Positions 50,301-63,599 are shown, numbered from the stretch's first letter. The stretch is DNA of 64,000 nucleotides from Macrostomum lignano (GCA_002269645.1 NIVC01000025.1:1-64000), one strand, 5' to 3'. Made by a program: numbers and translations. The notes: generated from the sequence alone by a model not told the origin.

Positions 50301-53300
50301 ACTGACACTCTATGGTTTGTGTACCCAAAAAGTCCGCTTCATTTTTGACAACTCTGAATCAATATTGAACAGTTAACAATCGATTTTGACTAAGACATTT
50401 TTTGAAATAGATTTTGACAATTTTTACTAAGATTTCTCTCTTGCGGGGGGGGGTACTTGCTATTTGGGAGAGGGGGTACTGGCTGCATGTATCTACGAGT
50501 ACATGTATGGGAATATTTCTATTTAGGGATGCTTGCTAGAGTCCCTGCTCTCTCAAGGGACTCTAGCAAAAGGCCGGTCATTTAACATCCCAAGACAGCA
50601 AGCATCCACCCAGATAGCAAGCATCCACCCAGATAGCAAGCATCCACCCAGATCGCAAGCATCTACCCAAATAGCAAGCATCCACCCAGACAGCAAGCAT
50701 CCACCCAGATAGCAAGCATCCACCCAGATAGCAAGCATACACCCAGATAGCAAGCGTGTGCACCCAGATAGCAAGCGTGCACCCAGATAGCAAGCATCCC
50801 CCAGATAGCAAGCATCTTGCAGATAGCAAGCATCATCCAGGTAGCAAACATCCACCCAGATAGCAAGCATCCCCAGATAGCAAGCATCTTGCAGATAGCA
50901 AGCATCATCCAGGTAGCAAACATCCACCCAGATAGCAAGCATCCCTGGATAGAAATATTCCCATACATGTACTCGTAGATACATGCAGCCAGTACCCCCT
51001 CTCCCAAATAGCAAGTACCCCCCCCAAGAGAGAAATCTTAGTAAAAATTGTCAAAATCTATTTCAAAAAATGTCTTAGTCAAAATCGATTGTTAACTGTT
51101 CAATATTGATTCGGAGTTGTCAAAAATGAAGCGGACTTTTTGGGTACACAAACCATAGAGTGTCAGTTTTGAAGCAACTCTGTCAAAATAGAATCAGACT
51201 TTGCAGCCCAACCAGTCAGGCTATTTTAGTCTGTGTGTAAAGGATAGAGAAAATAAATTTTATCAATACTTGTAGATCCAAAAAGCAAAGTCAGAATAAG
51301 CTGATTTTGCACAGCTCACTTCAGCCCCGTTCAGGCTTTCATTGGGTTACTTTGTTACCAAATTCTCCCAGGAGAAGTTGACTAAACGTGCATTGTCAAA
51401 ATTGAACCAGAGTTTGTCAAAAATGAAGCTTGATCTGTCAATATTGATTGTAGATTTTGAGTGCCCGACCATAGAGTGTCGATATTGAAGAGGAGTTTGT
51501 CAGTTTCGAAGTTCTCCTTGTTCAAAATCGAGGGTAAAATGGTGTACTAAAAACCTAGCAAAATTTGGAAGGAATGATACAAAACTAGAGAGAACAAGGA
51601 ACCATGATGCAATGCAATGCAATACCATTATAATACCATTATGCACATTGAACATAACATTGGGATTGGGCCATTGGCTATCACTATGGTGTGGCATGCC
51701 TTGTGGCATTAGTGTATGTGCAAAGTGGCAATGGCATGGCATGAGGCATGGCTAGCCAGGCCAACCCACCCCCTAATTGAAATTCCTGGCTACAACACTG
51801 TCTAATTCTGATTTTACCATTAATGTCTAAGATCTCTCTAATAAGCCTTTGATTAAAATGTTATACTTTTATTTATTTAAGGCTTTATTAGCTAATGTTG
51901 TTACTATAAGTAGAAATTTTAGAAAAATTACAATCTAAATACCCTAGGCCTAGTATTAAATATCAAAAAAGCAAAAAGTATATATTGTTTATTTGGTAAA
52001 CTATTTTATATTGGCTTTTGCTACTATTTGTATATATATACATTGCCTATTCATTATAATAAATTATCAATAAATAAAATATAAACCAAATCATACATGC
52101 ATAACCTTGGGAATCACCCAGCCATTTCTATTGGCAATGCATACATGTAAGTCACTATTGGTTAAGGGCAGTCACATGACTACTATTCTATCTATTAGCG
52201 ACTTACATGTGTGTGTTGCCAATAGAAATGGCCGAGTGAATCCCAAGGTTGCGCCTAAGCATGGACCAAATATGAAAATATAACCAAATGTTATTTTTAT
52301 AACAACTATAACTATTTTAGGATTTTATATAATAACTAAGGTTATAATAGCCCTTAAAAGCAACAAAGGAAATATCTTTACCTACTAGTATAGCAGCCTA
52401 GGTAACATGGCCTTTTGTTAATGCTTGATAGCACTTATATAATATGGCCTTTAATTAGAAATCTTGTTATACTTTTTCTAAATCTATCTCTAGAATTTTA
52501 GTTTATCAGAGGTGGCTTTTAGAGTTTCCCATAGTAAAATGAATATTTGGAATAAAATAATTAAGTTTAAAAAGGCCTTTAAAGTCTAAAATGACAAATA
52601 ATCTACTGTTTTCTTTTCAGAATACAAAATTTCTAGAATATGCAGCTAAGCATGTTACCATTACTACTAAAAGTACATCTGGAGATAGCAGCAAAGCTGA
52701 CAACATTAGCTTTGATTTGCATTGTATCAATCTAAATGAAGCTAACTGGCATAACAGTGTACCAAGGCAACACTATGATCTAATCACAAGCTTTCTAACT
52801 CTGCACTGGATTAAAAACTTGACTGCCTGTTTTGATAGTTTCAAGCAGCTAGCCACACCAAGGAAAACACTAATGTTTCATGTGATTGGTATCCGGCCAG
52901 GATGGAACTTTCAAGCCACTATTAAGTCACTTGCTACCACAGATAAATGGGGTCACATTGTTCAGGTAAGTCTATTGAAATATATAGTGATCATTTAGTT
53001 TTTGTAGTGCATATTGCAGCTTTAGTTAGTCAATATTGGTAGGTTTGATATTGATATTGTAAGTTTATGCAAAACCTCTTTGATACATTTATAAAAAATA
53101 TGTGGTATCATTGGTTCCACTTTAAAATGAAGAGTATCTTTCATTTGACTCTAAACCCTATCTTTTGGATATAGAGGGGTATATACAGATCCAGAAAATT
53201 TTGAATAGAGGGCACAAATTACTAAAGTATATATAAAAATAAAAATTCTAACTCAGTGGAAAGCATGCACCCTATGTACTTCCCCCCCTCCTAAATCTGC

Positions 53301-56300
53301 CACAACTTGGATACTTATCCCAAAGTTAATATACCTTAGTGATTAGTGATTGGTGATTGGATTTAAAAGTCAGGACAATTCAGTAAATGATTTATAATGC
53401 ATTCAAAAGATAGGCAATACAAAAAGTATCAATAAATAGACAGATTGACAGAATTGACAGAATGTTTTGAACTAAAGTTTGTTTTTACTGACAGACACTC
53501 TGTAAAAGAAACCCTATACCAAAAATAAATGCAATTTTGAGTAAACAGCAAGAGTAACTATAATTGTATTATTAAGGCTAACTGCCTCATCATCTAATTA
53601 GTACTACATCTGTAGAGTCTAGGTAAGCGTACCTTACCGTATACCTTATCGTAAGGTATACTATTTGAGGAAAGTCAGGAAAATGAAAGCAAAAGTGAAC
53701 TATTTATTTCGTACTATTAAAGATAAAATGCAAATGTTCACTTTTGTTTTTGTTTTCCTGATTTGGCATGTCTGTTATAGTCTGTATTATTTGTGGGTAT
53801 TTTGCGACTTAGGCCTATCCCTAGTCTACCATAATTTATAGTGGCCAGATTGGCCAGCAGTTGCACATTTACAAATAAAACTCTAGATCAAGTATAAAAG
53901 TGAAACAAAAATCTTTGCATACTTGTCAGTTACTTTAAGAATCTTGACAAGATTGAAATATTAAAAAGCAAAATCATATCAACCCTAAACATACAAAGTG
54001 TACATTTCTAGTCTAAGGTTTTAATATCTAATCCTTAGGCCTTGGTTTTCCTATTGACCCTTTGCATTTTGTTTGTTAATTCCCCTCACAAGTATTGGTA
54101 TCCAATGGATGAAATGTCTCTATAAAATTTGTAGCATCTGATATAGAGATAATTATTTTAAGTCACTATATTAATAACTTATAACTTGATACAAAGCCTT
54201 TAACTTTAAGAAGACAAACATATAGGCCTAGTATTCTTAAATAATTTTTGGTGGAAAAAATATTTATAAATATGGGCCTATTTATGTATAGGCCTACTGA
54301 CTATTGTCTACTATCACTGTCATATCACTATCAGAAAAATAAGCATTAGGGGTCTAGTTTGATAATTATTTTGGTAAGAAGGCAAGAGACTTATTATTAA
54401 TTGTAAAATTAAACACATTTTTTTACAATTTAGACCAGATTTAGTAGGTCTACTAGCGTAGTTTATCCTTTGACTTTTAATAGCACATAAGAATATGACC
54501 CCCCCATTTTAATTATGTGGGTGGGAGTAGTTAACCCCTTTAACTTTGCTTAGATTACTCTCTAATGCATTTAGGCAATGACCAGAATATTAAATGGGGT
54601 CCAGTATGCTTTCAAATAAAGTACAAGAAAGTACGACAGTATGACAGACGACAGAGTAAAGTAGAACAGAGTTGTCATGTATGTCGAGTGTCAGTAGTGA
54701 TGATCATTGCTTTCTTATTGATCACTTTTGCATGTTAAACTAATGTTTTGGGTTTAAAAAAACATTGGTCCTTGGTTTCTGCCTAGCCTAGATCTGAATG
54801 ATGCAGTACTCTTGACCTTTAAGTAAGCCTGGCCCGCAAGTTATTAATCTTTAAATTTTCACGTGTAACTCAATTCATTATTTGAATCGTTCTTTCCTGT
54901 CGTATTAAAAAGTTAAGATAAGTTAAATGAGTTTAACAAAAGTTTTTTGATTACTAAAGTTACCCTGCCTTACCAGACAGACCTATGCCATTACTAGGCA
55001 GCTTAAAGCAAATCATTTAAGTGTCGTTCTTTATTTTGTGGTCTGGAAATAAATCCATCTGGAATTGAGTTTGACTCCCGAGGTCTGGTATTCATTTCCC
55101 AATGTTTTCAAGTTCCATTCCGGTTGTTCAGGACTATAATTGATGCCATTAACGGTAACAGAACCCTGCAATTGGAATTCAGCCAGCGGCTATTCAACCT
55201 TCGTGAGCGCAGATAAAGTTTTACTGACCCCAGCCCCGGCCCCCATTCGTACGACACTTACTTAGCTAAAGCTGTATGTGCCCTGAACGTACATTATTAT
55301 TCTTATCTAAATGTCGCTATACCGGCAGGGCTTCCCGTTAATTTTTATGCAAGTTAGCCAGTGAATGGTAAGGATTATTATAACATACAGTGTTACGAAA
55401 TTCTTTACTTGGATCATGATTTCGTGTAAAATTAAACAACCTTGAGGAATTCTCACTTGTTTTTAAAGCTTCCATTCGTATACAGTATATTGACTATTTG
55501 CGACAACTCCAGCATCAATCCAATCAAACTCGTTGATCGAGTTAGTAGCTTTAAATCAAGGGTCGGCAAACTTTTACTTCATGGGCCAGATAGATAATCT
55601 AGCGCATGACTGCAGGTCAAATGAGGAGACAGAGAGAGGAGAGGGAATAGAGATCGAGAGACGAAATAGGTAAGAGGATCGAAGTAAAGAAAGGAGAGGA
55701 GAGGAGAGGAGAGGAGAGGAGAGGAGAGAGGGGAGAAGATCGAGCTTGGCCGAATTGTAGAAGCTTCGTAGGACCCGAGGGCCGGCTTCGCGGCAGAGGC
55801 TTCGCGGGCCCCAAGTGGCCTGCAGGCCGGAGTTTGACGAGCCCTGCTTTAAATATATATTTACTTTTTATTTCGCGCACAGCTAAAGTGTACATAACAA
55901 GCACACTTTGGACGATCCTGATCCCCCATGTTGCTCTTATTCAGGCACGCAAATCCAGTTACGTGTGTGTAACTGACTGAACTAATCCAACCCCACGCAC
56001 CTCCCCTCCCGCATTGTGGACATGCCACTGCACAGGCCTTCATGCACGAAACTCGATGGCAAGACCCGACCATTGCCGACTGGCGCACCGGCCCCGATCC
56101 GGCTGGCGCATTTCGCAACATTCTAACCGCTGCGGGCTTCTCGGTCAGCGTCTGCGACAAGATGGCGTTCACTTACACAACGGAGAGCGAGGCCGAGTGC
56201 CGCGGGCATCTGCAGTGGCTGGTGCCCTTCACTTCCCAGCTACCTGACGGTGACCGAGCGGAACTGATGGACGACTTCATGTCGGTGTACCGCCAGTTCA

Positions 56301-56368
56301 CTCGACAAAAGGGTCCCGGCCAGTACGTGTGGGAGAACGAAGTCCTGGTGGTCTTGGCCAAGGTTTAA
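47375..56368 (+). CDS. Class I SAM-dependent methyltransferase, JHAMT/trans-aconitate MT-like; exons 47375-47599, 52621-52965, 56036-56368 (300 aa)
   Basis: Motif I MLDLGCGT, VGIDW, YDLITSFLTLHWI; donors GTAAGT, acceptors TTTCAG and GCACAG, all phase 0. Confidence 0.85.
48030..49011 (+). mobile_element. Mariner deletion derivative with long (~200 bp) inverted termini
   Basis: TA-CGAGGGGTGTCCAAAAAGTAG...CTACTTTTTGGACACCCCTCG-TA; HTH remnant EIHAKLCSAHG...TVYRWIEQFSEGRTDLADQHRMGWP. Confidence 0.9.
49920..51548. mobile_element. Foldback-like element: ~620-bp near-identical inverted arms around a 19-bp tandem array
   Basis: 49920-50538 is the reverse complement of about 50933-51548; central (ATAGCAAGCATCCACCCAG)n at 50590-50945. 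Confidence 0.85.
55557..55846 (+). mobile_element. hAT (Charlie/Buster-type) MITE
   Basis: Imperfect TIRs CAAGGGTCGGCAAACT / AGTTTGACGAGCCCTG; perfect 8-bp TSD CTTTAAAT. Confidence 0.88.
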
Positions 56369-57439
56369 CTTGAATGCTAAGAGTGATAATTTTACTGGGT
56401 TGTGCGCGTAACTTTTATAAATAATTCAACTATGAATGTCAACATTTTTTATACTGCCAAGTTTTGAGTTTGATGTATGTTTGGTCATAGTAAAATTTTA
56501 GATGACCTAACTTTGGTGAACAACGGCCTTTAAAATGTTATTAGTTGAAGTTATACGAGTATACTTCCGTCTTATAATTCTCAATCTTTTTAAACCTTCA
56601 AAACTATCAGGCAAAAAATCCAAAAGTTTCGCCCTGAGTTAAACCCTTTCTGTTTTTTGAAACATCAGTTTTGTCATCCTTGGTCGAACTCACTTGCATG
56701 TAACAATACGTTTTCGAATCTCTAGGCAGCACACAACTCGATGTAGGCAGGGGGAGCCTTCCCGATGTAAAGTGCCAAGCGTCGCAGGATATTAACCTGA
56801 TTATATATATATATGCTACGAGTATAGAGGCATTGCTTTGACACTAATCATAGTTCGTACTACCTCCAGTGCAGATTCATAAATTTTTATATCTTAGCCA
56901 TGACTTTGAAATCCGACAATTAAATTGTCAATCTACATCGCATTTGTTTTGCTATGAATTTTACTAAAAGGTATCGGTAAAATTTTCTCTATTGCTTGCT
57001 TCTCAAAAGAATGCTTTTGGTACTCTGAGCTTCTGCTTCTTGTCCCATAACGTGATGGCCATTTTTGCGTCAAAAAATCTGCACAGGATTGCAGTTGGTT
57101 CTTCAGTTTCATCGAAATTCTTGATTTGTTTTAATGCGTTAGTGTCCTATTATTAGTTTTTTAGGGTTGTTTCAATTTTTTACAGCAGTTGCATGCGCTC
57201 ATTGTAACGTTTGTCCTAAAAAAGCTTATCCGTCTTAAATGACTTCTGTTCAGCACTTTTACGATCTGATCCCCATTGGCTACGAGAGCTGCAGACCAAA
57301 AGACAAGCATCTGTCAATTTTACCTGTCGAAACCGCATTCTATTAGAACAATGGTTACAGCAGCGCTATAGCCCTTGGAAATGGACAGATGTTGCTTTAA
57401 AAGTGAGACAGCATCTGTGCCTAGCGCCTCACGACCCTC

Positions 57440-57841
57440 ATGAAGCCTCTATCCGGCCCGCGGGTTTTAAGACTTCACAATAGCAAACCATGCAGCCCGC
57501 TCAAGGTCTCTTCTCCACTCAGCTCCCTTGCCTTCTCTCCCTTCTTCTCTCCTCCGCTCCCTTGCCTCCTCTCCCTTCTTCTCTCCTCCGCTCCCTTGCC
57601 TCCTCTCCCTTCTTCTCTCCTCCGCTCCCTTGCCTCCTCTCCCTTCTTCTCTCCTCCGCTTCCGCTCCCTTGTCTCCTCTCCCCCGCTCCCCCTTCTCAC
57701 TCCTCTCCTCTCTCATCTTATCTCTCTCGATCCTCTCATGACTCCTCTCTCCTCTACTCTCATCTTATCTCTCTCGATCCTCTCATGACTCCTCTCTCCT
57801 CTACTCTCATCTTATCTCTCTCGATCCTCTCATGACTCCTC

Positions 57842-57929
<88 letters not shown>

Positions 57930-57995
57930 AGCCCGCAGCCATTAGCTACGCTCGTAGGTTCTTCATCTGGCCGTTAAGGTAAAAAACTTGCCGAT
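57440..57995 (-). repeat. CT-rich tandem/microsatellite tract, possibly inside a decayed hAT MITE
   Basis: CTC/CT repeats and (CT)n; right end AAAACTTGCCGATCCCG resembles a hAT TIR. Confidence 0.6.
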
Positions 57996-58689
57996 CCCGA
58001 ACGTAGAGTAATCCGATCTGAAAGATGCAGCCTATAATTAATTTGCCTGAGTGCCGAACAGGTGTCCATTATTATGGTAGTGATTATTTTTAGACACGCA
58101 TTACTAGTATAGCGTCTTTCTATATTCTTTTTTCTACCCCTTAGCCAAGTGTTTATAGAAATGTCTCGCAGATTTAATTAGCTATCTATATATTTTCTTT
58201 GACTCTATCCCTCAATTATTTAATATTTATTGCTTACATTTCGATATTTCAGTTTCACTTTTATTAAATAAATTCAAGATGCCGGTATTCCTCGTATTCA
58301 TTATTAACTTCCTTTAATTTCTATCTTTAGCACATTAATTAATTAATCAAGTCAGCATTTTTATCGTTCGCCTTAATTATCAATTCGTTATCAATTCTAG
58401 ACTTTATTACCCACAAACCAGTTAGCTAGGTACCGTGTGTGTTCACCTGACAGTTGCTAATATTAATGAACAGAAAATATTCCTTTTTTTATCTTTAAGA
58501 AAAGACGCCAATACCAGATTGGAAGTCATTTGAACACTGAAATGGAATTCATAAAGATTCTATTGTTGCCATTTAAACAAAAAATTTTTTGTTTTATATT
58601 GGCAATGTGTGTAATTGTCTACAAACACACGTAGTTTTACATCTATGTGTAAATTTAGCTAATAACTGTTAATCGTCCTGCACTTTCTC

Positions 58690-59799
58690 AACAGAGTTCC
58701 CACGCACTTGGCCCGGCGCTCTGGTAGCTTCTGCAGAATGCCCACAGCGTGCCAGTCTTCACCCTGGTGTTTGCACCACTGGTTCACCGAAGATGCCAGT
58801 GCAGTCACAGAAACCCAGTGGCGTCCTTGCAGCGAGTTTTTCAGCGCCGGAAACAGCTAGAAGTCCGATGGGGCCAGGTCTGGCGAATGAGCAGGGTGAG
58901 GGAGCTGCTCGAACCCCAGCTCCATCGCGTATGGCAGCCTGCGCCTTGTGATCGAGGTGTTGTCATGGAAAAGCCGGATGCCCCTGGTGACCTTTCCTCG
59001 CCTCTTCTTGATTGCTTCCTTCAGTTGACGCAATGTGGCAACGTAGGAGTCTCCTATGTCCGTCTGCTTCTAAGGCAGCGACTCGATCGGCAGCACCCCT
59101 TTGCTGATCCCAGAAGATGGTGCCCATCCGCTGCTTCATTGATGGAACTATCTTGGCCTTCAGCGGAGTGGTTTCATCGGGGCTCTTCCACTGCATGCTT
59201 TGAGCTTTGGTCTCCGGCTCGTACAGGGAGAACATTGACTCATTCCCCGTCACGATAGAGTCAAGAAACTCCTCAATTGGCGGTGCTGCATCAGGCGGAG
59301 CAGGTGCTGATATGCCTGCATCTGATTGCGCTGCATTTCCGCAGTCAGGAGTTTCGGCACCCATTTGGCACAAACATTCGACATTCCCAGCTGGACCGTC
59401 TGGATGGACTGCGCGCTACCATAACTGATGCAATAGGCCTCTGCTATCTCAACTATAGTCACTCGCGAAACTGTGAATCCAGCGGATGATGGTGCGATAT
59501 GACGGCGCAGAGTCGCCATGTTGCTCACGCAAGCGGGCTTCAATTTCCTGTGCTGCAGTGCCACGCCTCCACTCATAATGGATGACGGCACGTATGGCTT
59601 CGCTTAAATCTGACACAGTCGCTCAAGGGTGGTGAAGAAGAAAAATGCTGTAGATTCTCGAGCTAAGCAAGAGTGGCTTTAGAAATTTATGTTTAGGTAG
59701 GGGACATAATGTGTCTATGGTAACAACTAAAATCAATTGAACAGAAGCCCCGTGTGCAGAATAAATTAAGCAGTGACAGAACTTTTTGATCGTCCTTCG
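58690..59799 (-). mobile_element. Degenerate mariner (DD34D-type) transposon, one TIR visible
   Basis: WVPKLL, VTGNES, YEPETKAQSMQW, TIFWD, HDN, HSPDLAPSDF; TIR ...TTTTTGATCGTCCTTCG-TA at 59799. Confidence 0.88.
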
Positions 59800-60304
59800 T
59801 ATGCTAATATTTCAAAAACATTTCGTGTCCTAAAGTTTATCTCTGTCTTCTTTAGACCACTTTGTACGTCAACAAGTGTTAAAGTTAAAATTTTCTTATC
59901 TAAATGTAGCTAAATGCCAGTATATAGGGCATAAGTGACATGTGCATAGTAGGTTCGACCTCGAAGTTTTAATTAAGTCTTGAAAATTCTCAGTATAACC
60001 CGAATTTGCGTCACCTAAAACGTTTCGTATGCAAATTAATAAGCTGGACAGGCCTTATCTGTCTAGACGTTAAAATTCGATTCACTTGTGGTATGTGTGA
60101 CACTCGTACATGGAGATATGCCAAAGCCACCAAATATTCTCCTACCAGTACCTGTTAACCTGTTTGTCGCTAAACCAGATTTCAAACTGGTCCTTTAAAC
60201 GCAACCGCTGCGCAATTTGTTCAAAAAAGTCGGACCAAAATCGATAAATGGCTTTTCATCAACTGCTAAGACAAGGCTCACTGGGGGGAATCGCTGAAAT
60301 TCTA

Positions 60305-62057
60305 TGGCTCATCGGGAATTGCTAAGATGTCAAGGCTTACTGGGGGAATTGCTGAGATGTCAAGGCTGGAATTGCTGAGATGTCAAGGCTGGAATTGCTG
60401 AGATGTCAAGGCTTACTTGGGGAATTGCTGAGATGTCAAGACTTACTGGGGGAATTGCTGAGATGTCAAGGCTGGAATTGCTGAGATGTCAAGGCTGGAA
60501 TTGCTGAGATGTCAAGGCTGGAATTGCTGAGATGTCAAGGCTGGAATTGCTGAGATGTCAAGGCTGGAATTGCTGAGATGTCAAGGCTGGAATTGCTGAG
60601 ATGTCAAGGCTGGAATTGCTGAGATGTCAAGGCTGGAATTGCTGAGATGTCAAGGCTGGAATTGCTGAGATGTCAAGGCTGGAATTGCTGAGATGTCAAT
60701 GCTGGAATTCCTGAGATGTCAAGGCTTACTTGGGGAATTGCTGAGATGTCAAGGCTTACTGGGGGAATTGCTGAGATGTCATGCAAGGCTTACTGGGAAA
60801 TTTCTGAAATGTCAAGGCTTACTGTGGGAGTGGCTTAGGTGTCAAGGCTTACTCTGGGGGAATGGCTTAGGTGTCAAGGCTTACTGGGGGAATGGCTTAG
60901 GTGTCAAGGCTTACTGGGGGAATGGCTTAGGTGTCAAGGCTTACTGGGGGAATGGCTTAGGTGTCAAGGCTTACTGGGGGAATGGCTTAGGTGTCAAGGC
61001 TTACTGGGGGAATTGCTGAGATGTCAAGGCTGGAATTGCTGAGATGACAAGGCTGGAATTGCTGAGATGTCAAGGCTGGAATTGCTGAGATGTCAAGGCT
61101 GGAATTGCTGAGATGTCAAGGCTGGAATTGCTGAGATGTCAAGGCTGGAATTGCTGAGATGTCAAGGCTGGAATTGCTGAGATGTCAAGGCTGGAATTGC
61201 TGAGATATCAAGGCTGGAATTGCTGAGATGTCAAGGCTGGAATTGCTGAGATGTCAATGCTGGAATTCCTGAGATGTCAAGGCTTACTTGGGGAATTGCT
61301 GAGATGTCAAGGCTTACTGGGGGAATTGCTGAGATGTCATGCAAGGCTTACTGGGAAATTTCTGAAATGTCAAGGCTTACTGTGGGAGTGGCTTAGGTGT
61401 CAAGGCTTACTGGGGGAATGGCTTAGGTGTCAAGGCTTACTGGGGGAATGGCTTAGGTGTCAAGGCTTACTGGGGGAATGGCTTAGGTGTCAAGGCTTAC
61501 TGGGGGAATGGCTTAGGTGTCAAGGCTTACTGGGGGAATGGCTTAGGTGTCAAGGCTTACTGGGGGAATGGCTTAGGTGTCAAGGCTTAATGGGGGAATG
61601 GCTTAGGTGTCAAGGCTTACTGGGGGAATGGCTTAGGTGTCAAGGCTTACTGGGGGAATGGCTTTTGGTGTCAAGGCTTACTGGGGGAATGGCTTAGGTT
61701 TCAAGGCTACTGGGGGAATGGCTTAGGTGTCAAGGCTTACTGGGGGAATGGCTTAGGTGTCAAGGCTTACTGGGGGCATGGCTTAGGTGTCAAGGCTTAC
61801 TGGGGGAATGGCTTAGGTGTCAAGGCTTACTGGGGGAATGGCTTAGGTGTCAAGGCTACTGGGGGAATGGCTTAGGTGTCAAGGCTACTGGGGGAATGGC
61901 TTAGGTGTCAAGGCTACTCGGGAATGGCTTAGGTGTCAAGGCTTACTGGGGGAATGGCTTAGGTGTCAAGGCTACTGGGGGAATGGCTTAGGTGTCAAGG
62001 CTACTCGGGAATTGCTTAGGTGTCAAGGCTTACTGGGGGAATGGCTTAGGTGTCAAG
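60305..62057. repeat. Composite satellite of related 23-bp and 30-bp units with a 558-bp higher-order duplication
   Basis: GGAATTGCTGAGATGTCAAGGCT and GGGGGAATGGCTTAGGTGTCAAGGCTTACT; identical variant block at about 60691 and 61249. Confidence 0.95.
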
Positions 62058-62554
62058 GCAAATAGGATTCACATAAATAATTTTCGTCGCTTGCCTATTA
62101 TGGGCCTTCCGAAGGGGGCACTAGATCGCTAGTAGGATACCAATAGCGTCTGTGTACAAGGTCAAAAGCTACATGAATAGCTAGCTTATTCAAAAAATTA
62201 TTCCTTCAATTCTTTATTGTTGCCTTCCCAGCGGGGCGCATATTGCTAGCCCACTATACTATATAAAATAAGTTGTCTCTATCTATGTACGAAAAAGTTC
62301 TTGAATTGACTTGCAGGCACTCTAACCGATGAGAGGACTTAGCGATTCATCGACCGTCTGCTGGTTGAGACCGGCGCCCCCCGTCCCCCGGTCGGTGGAG
62401 CGCGGCCTGCAATTGCGCCCAGCTAGGCTCAGAGGCGCACCCGGTGACGCTGCTCTCTTCTCAGTGGCGTAGGCAAGAATTTTTACTGGAGGGGGTTGCA
62501 ACCCTAAGGGGGGACAATACTAGGGTCTCTTTAGTTGGCATCCCTGTTTCTTGA

Positions 62555-62945
62555 TGGGCGCCAGCCAGTGTCTCTTGGTGGACGCCCCTGGCCTGTCGCT
62601 TGGTTAGCGACCTTGTCTCTTGGTGGAAGCCCCTGGCCTGTCTCTTGGTTAGCGACCTTGTCTCTTGGTGGACGCCCCTGGCCTGTCTCTTGGTTAGCAC
62701 CCTTGTCTCTTGGTGGACGCCCCTGGCCTGTCTCTTGGTTAGCGCCCTTGTCTCTTGGTGGACGCCCCTGGCCTGTCTCTTGGTTAGCGCCCTTGTCTCT
62801 TGGTGGACGCCCCTGGCCTGTCTCTTGGTTAGCGACCTTGTCTCTTGGTGGACGCCCCTGGCCTGTCTCTTGGTTAGCGACCTTGTCTCTTGGTGGACGC
62901 CCCTGGCCTGTCTCTTGGTTAGCGCCCTTGTCTCTTGGTGGACGC
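62555..62945. repeat. 45-bp tandem repeat
   Basis: TGTCTCTTGGTGGACGCCCCTGGCCTGTCTCTTGGTTAGCGACCT, about 8.5 copies. Confidence 0.93.
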
Positions 62946-63599
62946 ATTTTTTATTTACCACATGCAATTTAACGGTAAAATATACAGAATTACCGTCGCG
63001 TGGGGGGATTTAATCCCATTAAGGGATGCAGGTCATTGAATCCAAAACTGAGCTTCTGGGAGACTTCCCGAGGCTTCTTACTCTGAGGATTCTGATTTAA
63101 AATCATCCTTGATTTGCTTCTCACTGTATTTACTGACTTTGAGGCCGGTTTATTTGCAGCATACAATGAACTACACAACATGGAAGGAGAATTACAGAGG
63201 CTGCATGAAATGCACATCAAAAAGGCTTATTCATTGCTGAGAAATTTGGTCGAACCTAGTTCAGTTTTAAACTGTCATTTCGTATTAATTCGTTTTCAAA
63301 ATACTGCGATTTAAGGCAAAGGATCAAAATACGTAAAGCAAAATGTGGGCATTATACTTGAAAGATGCCAATTAGTCCGATGCATACATATTGCATACAA
63401 GTATGGTCTGAATTTAGTGCAACAGAGTTTAAAAACTTTACGCTATAGAGTGTGGCTGCTGGCGCCCCTCATTGTGCTGGCGCCCCTGGTGCTGGCGCCC
63501 TTGATGCTGGCGCCCCTGGTGCTGGCACCCCTGGTGCTAAAGCTCCTAGTACTAATTAGCCTCTGGTGCTGTTCGCATTAAAATGACGCGACGCCCTAA

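Noticed and set aside
36216-56368. Peptide, ANK-cGLR and methyltransferase as one functional immune cluster
   Set aside because: Proximity alone in a eukaryotic genome is not evidence; orientations differ and there is no shared regulatory signal
54800-57400. Short coding-like minus-strand stretches at about 55000-55330 and 56700-57350
   Set aside because: Multiple stops and no recognisable domain
60693-63013. Repeat ORFs (GEWLRCQGLL; HQETRALTKRQARGV)
   Set aside because: Open in several frames and strands because unit lengths are multiples of 3; no coding evidence
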